From positions 1 to 37,012 of IMG/VR virus record IMGVR_UViG_3300037313_000116: a stretch of 37,012 nt of DNA; one strand, given 5' to 3'. The notes beneath the pieces are model-generated. The model was not told the origin of the DNA. It saw only the letters and a list, made by a program, of their open reading frames with translations, and searched no databases. The DNA comes from a virus (Duplodnaviria; Caudoviricetes). This document shows positions 33,799 through 37,012 of the stretch, in pieces (position 1 is the first letter of the stretch; each line of letters opens with the position of its first letter). The position numbers and the translations under genes were made by a program.

Positions 33799-33928
33799 GA
33801 AGCATTCTGCCATTTTTACGGGGCAAAAACTCGGAATTATGCTGGAAAAAAGAATATCCGGAGATATTACTTTGGCTTTCTTTTTCTGGTCTCGTGGTTT
33901 TATTGTCTACTGGACAAAGGGAGAGTAA
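33791..33928 (+). CDS. 45-aa hypothetical protein
   Basis: GAGGTG RBS; manual translation MIKKHSAIF...WTKGE. Confidence 0.6.
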   Translation: MIKKHSAIFTGQKLGIMLEKRISGDITLAFFFWSRGFIVYWTKGE

Positions 33929-33930
33929 GT

Positions 33931-34107
33931 ATGTGTGGTATGTGTGACAATCAAGAAGGCAATCTGTGCCCGACATGTGAGCATGAGCGTGTCGAAGTGC
34001 AGCAAGAAACTGCTGATCCTTGGGCTGGTTTCGGTAAGCGAAGCGAAGGGCAATGGTCGATCAACAGTGCAAGCGGCATGATGCCGGAAGGATTCATCTA
34101 TGTCTAA
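33931..34107 (+). CDS. 58-aa Zn-finger-like protein
   Basis: CGMC-x7-CPTC; GGGAGAG RBS. Confidence 0.65.
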   Translation: MCGMCDNQEGNLCPTCEHERVEVQQETADPWAGFGKRSEGQWSINSASGMMPEGFIYV

Positions 34108-34279
34108 CGTTGTGTTTGCCATTTGTGGTAATTCTGCAGGACGTGGCTCCACTCCAGATGAAGCTCACAAGGATTTGTGTAAAAGTGCGGAATACTTCAT
34201 TCCGTATGAACAGATCAAATTTTATGAGGCAACTCGTCTGAAAGTGGTGGTACAATACGTCATAAATAAAGATTCCTAA
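34100..34279 (+). CDS. 59-aa hypothetical protein
   Basis: AAGGA RBS; manual translation MSNVVFAICG...INKDS. Confidence 0.6.
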   Translation: MSNVVFAICGNSAGRGSTPDEAHKDLCKSAEYFIPYEQIKFYEATRLKVVVQYVINKDS

Positions 34280-34290
34280 CATTAGGAATC
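34271..34290. repeat. TTCCYAAYATTRGGAA palindrome copy
   Basis: GATTCCTAACATTAGGAATC. Confidence 0.75.
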
Positions 34291-34309
34291 AAACCGAGGG
34301 AAGATAAAA

Positions 34310-34561
34310 ATGAATAATGCAGTCCTGAAAGCTCTTGAAGAAGTGCAAGTCGATCCCAAATCCCCAGCAAACATCAACTACGCCAAAGCGCGTTACGCAA
34401 TCGAAGCGGCTGCAAAAAGTCGCAAAGAAAAGCGTGAAGCCAAGGTAGCTGTTGTTTCGCTCCTCAACGGTGAGATCGTTCACCATCAACTTCCCGCCAA
34501 ATCCAACGGCACTACCCGCAAGGATGTGAAATTTGCCGATGGTACTGTGGCGCGGTTCTAA
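34310..34561 (+). CDS. basic hypothetical protein
   Basis: GAGGG RBS, host-like codons. Confidence 0.8.
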   Translation: MNNAVLKALEEVQVDPKSPANINYAKARYAIEAAAKSRKEKREAKVAVVSLLNGEIVHHQLPAKSNGTTRKDVKFADGTVARF

Positions 34562-34569
34562 CAACTCGT

Positions 34570-35055
34570 ATGGAACTAGAAGTATTAGAAACTATTCCCT
34601 CCCGTAAATTTTGTCTTCTTCGTAGGAAGGATTGGCGGCGCATGATCACTTTTAATTCGTGGTTGGGGTCTTGCGGGGTGGGGTGGCTACAAGGATTTTC
34701 TGGTGCTGAGAAAGAGTTTGACGGATTTACTGATAAAGCTGTCTGGTTGGCTCGGATGTATCAGTTACTATACCAGCCGGGACATTTGTTGTACACCCTT
34801 GCGGATTATCAGTTAAATAATCCCTTTCATAAGTTGTTGGTGGAAATTGGTGCTCGTCAGATTGACGAGTTTCCTAATATCACCCACGGCTCGGCCATGA
34901 TGCATGTGTTTCGTGTAAACATTCGCAATGCAGTTGGCCGGTATTGCAATAAATACGGTGAGCCATATACTGAACCGCCAAAGGACGAGTCAGAAGTTGA
35001 ACCAGAAATCACCAAGCCCATTGATAGTGGCTGGATGCATCTTCCAAAACGATAA
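34570..35055 (+). CDS. hypothetical protein (CGV..L.GFS motif)
   Basis: 161 aa ORF; start could be internal ATG after AAGGA. Confidence 0.75.
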   Translation: MELEVLETIPSRKFCLLRRKDWRRMITFNSWLGSCGVGWLQGFSGAEKEFDGFTDKAVWLARMYQLLYQPGHLLYTLADYQLNNPFHKLLVEIGARQIDEFPNITHGSAMMHVFRVNIRNAVGRYCNKYGEPYTEPPKDESEVEPEITKPIDSGWMHLPKR

Positions 35056-35064
35056 GGGAGTCTT

Positions 35065-35280
35065 ATGAATCAAGAAATCGCAATTAACCAGTATAAGTCT
35101 CACACTGGTAATGTGGGTGATCTCCACTTCAAAAAGATCGGCAATAATCTGGTGGACATCTTCAGCGGGGAAGGATTTAACAACCCCACTCGCCTTCGTC
35201 TTATTAAAGGCGCTTGGCAGTGGATTGCTGGTCCGAAGCTACATGCTAAAGAGCTGGTTCCGGTTATTACTGCCCTGTGA
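35065..35280 (+). CDS. hypothetical protein
   Basis: AAGGGAG RBS. Confidence 0.75.
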   Translation: MNQEIAINQYKSHTGNVGDLHFKKIGNNLVDIFSGEGFNNPTRLRLIKGAWQWIAGPKLHAKELVPVITAL

Positions 35281-35669
35281 AAGTCTATTTCAACGATCCC
35301 ATTACCCAAACAATTGGGCCTCCGCCCTTAGTAGGCCGCCCGACTGCTTTATCATTCTCGGAAATTCAGAGTCTGATTAAACAGTTGCGTATGGAGGGAT
35401 GGGACGAGCGGGCTATTGTAACACGTCGGGTCTTTCATCCGAGTGGCAACCCGAACATGTATGATATGTGTCGTCCTATCAATTGGGGGATTGTGATTGA
35501 TCTACGTACTACGGCAATCGTGGTTACTGGTCAGCCATACTTACCTATTAAGGTACGGTGGGTAGATGATGGGTCGATCAGCGAACATTGGCCGGAAGAG
35601 TTGGTCATGATTCATGAATCCATGGGCCAGTGGGAAACAGATCAGCGTGTGAAGGAAAGATTGGAATGA
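35277..35669 (+). CDS. hypothetical protein
   Basis: GTGA overlap; SH3-like WG.V...VRW.....H..EEL C-terminal part. Confidence 0.7.
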   Translation: MKVYFNDPITQTIGPPPLVGRPTALSFSEIQSLIKQLRMEGWDERAIVTRRVFHPSGNPNMYDMCRPINWGIVIDLRTTAIVVTGQPYLPIKVRWVDDGSISEHWPEELVMIHESMGQWETDQRVKERLE

Positions 35670-35914
35670 TTCTCCATCCACATGACTGGGAAGAGTGGGT
35701 GTTAATGGTAATAGTGCGTAATAGACTCTCCAATATGACATTCCTTTTGGAGCATGTGTCGCAAGATGAGTTCTTCGAGACCTATTTTGCACGCCTAGCC
35801 CATGAAGACCCCCGTAATCACATCCCAATAGAGATACAGGTTCTCCCGATAACTGAGAATGTGTTTCTTGAACTAGAAGCGATTATGCAACCACAAAATG
35901 TTCTGAGAGGCTAA
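35666..35914 (+). CDS. hypothetical protein
   Basis: ATGA overlap at 35666. Confidence 0.65.
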   Translation: MILHPHDWEEWVLMVIVRNRLSNMTFLLEHVSQDEFFETYFARLAHEDPRNHIPIEIQVLPITENVFLELEAIMQPQNVLRG

Positions 35915-35916
35915 CT

Positions 35917-36198
35917 ATGCACTATATAGTGTGTCCTTTGCGGCCCGCCAACTCTGGCGTTCAGCTTGGTGCCACTGCTCTGGTGATTTCTGATCGGTTG
36001 GCAAAGAAGTGCCTGACTGAGTATGATACGGACCAGAATGACGCCATCCAGCGGGCCGAGCGATTGGCTCGTGAGAATCCCGGAGTTCAGTTTGCCGTGT
36101 TTGCTCCTGTGCAGGTGTTTGAAACGGTGCCTCAACCTCAACCACCAGTTATCCGAAAGCGAATCACGGATGCTGGAGAAATTGTGGTAGACAAATGA
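35917..36198 (+). CDS. hypothetical protein
   Basis: GAGG RBS; A..RAERLA..NPG..F.V motif common in phage proteins. Confidence 0.75.
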   Translation: MHYIVCPLRPANSGVQLGATALVISDRLAKKCLTEYDTDQNDAIQRAERLARENPGVQFAVFAPVQVFETVPQPQPPVIRKRITDAGEIVVDK

Positions 36199-36584
36199 TT
36201 CAAATCAGTGCATCTCTTGAAGGTACTAATGGCTGCTGTGGGGTCATTCAGATTACTGGCTTTTCCGATGGGTTTAGTCGTTGGGCTACTATCAAGGCGA
36301 CTGGAAACACCGAAGAAGAAGCTTGTAAAAATCTATTTGACCAGTTCAATACCATTGCTGGTGTGAATAGTAATCGTGATGAGGATGATGATGAGTGGTG
36401 TGCTTCTGTATTCCAAATCTGGTTTGTAAAAAAGACGAATTATGAGGGGGAATATGGTGAGCATTACGAGCGTGAGCCACTTCGTAAACTGGTAGAAGCA
36501 ATTCCGGGGGTCATTAACCTTGGTGAATACCGGAATCCCAATACTGGGAACATGATTCAAGGTTATCAATGGGAGATCAAATGA
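36195..36584 (+). CDS. hypothetical protein (CCGV..I.GFS motif)
   Basis: ATGA overlaps at both ends; N.NTGN.I C-terminal motif. Confidence 0.75.
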   Translation: MIQISASLEGTNGCCGVIQITGFSDGFSRWATIKATGNTEEEACKNLFDQFNTIAGVNSNRDEDDDEWCASVFQIWFVKKTNYEGEYGEHYEREPLRKLVEAIPGVINLGEYRNPNTGNMIQGYQWEIK

Positions 36585-37012
36585 CAGGTAAGTACGGAAC
36601 TCTGGGGTTTGTGGGTATGGGTACTGGTACGTTCGAGCCGTTCGATCAGGTGTACGAACGCGGTATCCATGTTACTCCTGCACAGATCATGGAGGGGGAT
36701 TGTGATGCGCTGGTTATCTGGGGTGGTGCGGACATTAGCCCAACGATCTATGGGGAATCTGTTGGTCCCCGTACGGGAGCCAGTGAAGAACTGAGCTACC
36801 GTGATAAGGTGGAAGTTGCAGCAGTAGAGGCTGCTATCAAAACTGGGATTCCTCTTATTGGTGTCTGTCGAGGAGCACAACTGCTGTGTGCAATGGCTGG
36901 TGGTAAATTGGTCCAAGACGTGCAGGGTCATATGGGTAGCCATACCATGCGGACCAATGACGGTCGATCAATCATCACCACATCAGTGCATCACCAAATG
37001 ATGTATCCGTGG
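36581..37012 (+). CDS. class I glutamine amidotransferase / peptidase C26 (PuuD-like), truncated by window end; absent from ORF track
   Basis: Manual translation: GGADISP..YG, RD..E, IP.IGVCRGAQLL....GG.L.QD, SVHHQ; GGGAGA RBS. Confidence 0.9.
   Translation, partial: MTGKYGTLGFVGMGTGTFEPFDQVYERGIHVTPAQIMEGDCDALVIWGGADISPTIYGESVGPRTGASEELSYRDKVEVAAVEAAIKTGIPLIGVCRGAQLLCAMAGGKLVQDVQGHMGSHTMRTNDGRSIITTSVHHQMMYPW

Noticed and set aside
29296-34290. Palindrome copies as a CRISPR or mini-array
   Set aside because: Copies are hundreds of bases to kilobases apart with genes between; no regular spacers or cas genes
34871-34880. TTCCTAATAT half-site inside a gene
   Set aside because: Second arm missing; explained by coding sequence

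Overview
About 37 kb of a lytic podovirus-type phage genome, apparently from a circularly permuted assembly. Its layout resembles LUZ24/phiEco32-like phages: host sigma70 promoters, no phage RNA polymerase in view, and two convergent arms. Bases 1-5.5 kb (+) hold the end of the replication/nucleotide module: exonuclease C-terminus, endonuclease I-like protein, metallophosphoesterase, DUF5664-like diphosphohydrolase, ThyX, MazG-like protein and class II RNR, ending at a bidirectional terminator. Bases 5.5-28.6 kb (-) hold the late module: TerS, HNH, TerL, portal, GroES-like protein, scaffold, major capsid, two beta-helix tailspikes, holins, tail and ejection proteins, endolysin. Bases 28.6-30.3 kb are non-coding and probably span the genome termini. 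Bases 30.3-37 kb (+) are small early genes ending in a class I glutamine amidotransferase. The most striking feature is a ~650 bp array of back-to-back motifs resembling binding sites for many different host regulators (2 LexA, Fur, 2 Fis, TyrR-, FNR- and IclR-like) in the presumed first-injected DNA. Also notable: a 16-bp palindrome TTCCYAAYATTRGGAA repeated through the early region, an rrn-type boxA in the early leader, and a second regulator-site cluster upstream of a host-codon-adapted early gene. All function calls come from motif recognition by eye; no searches were run.
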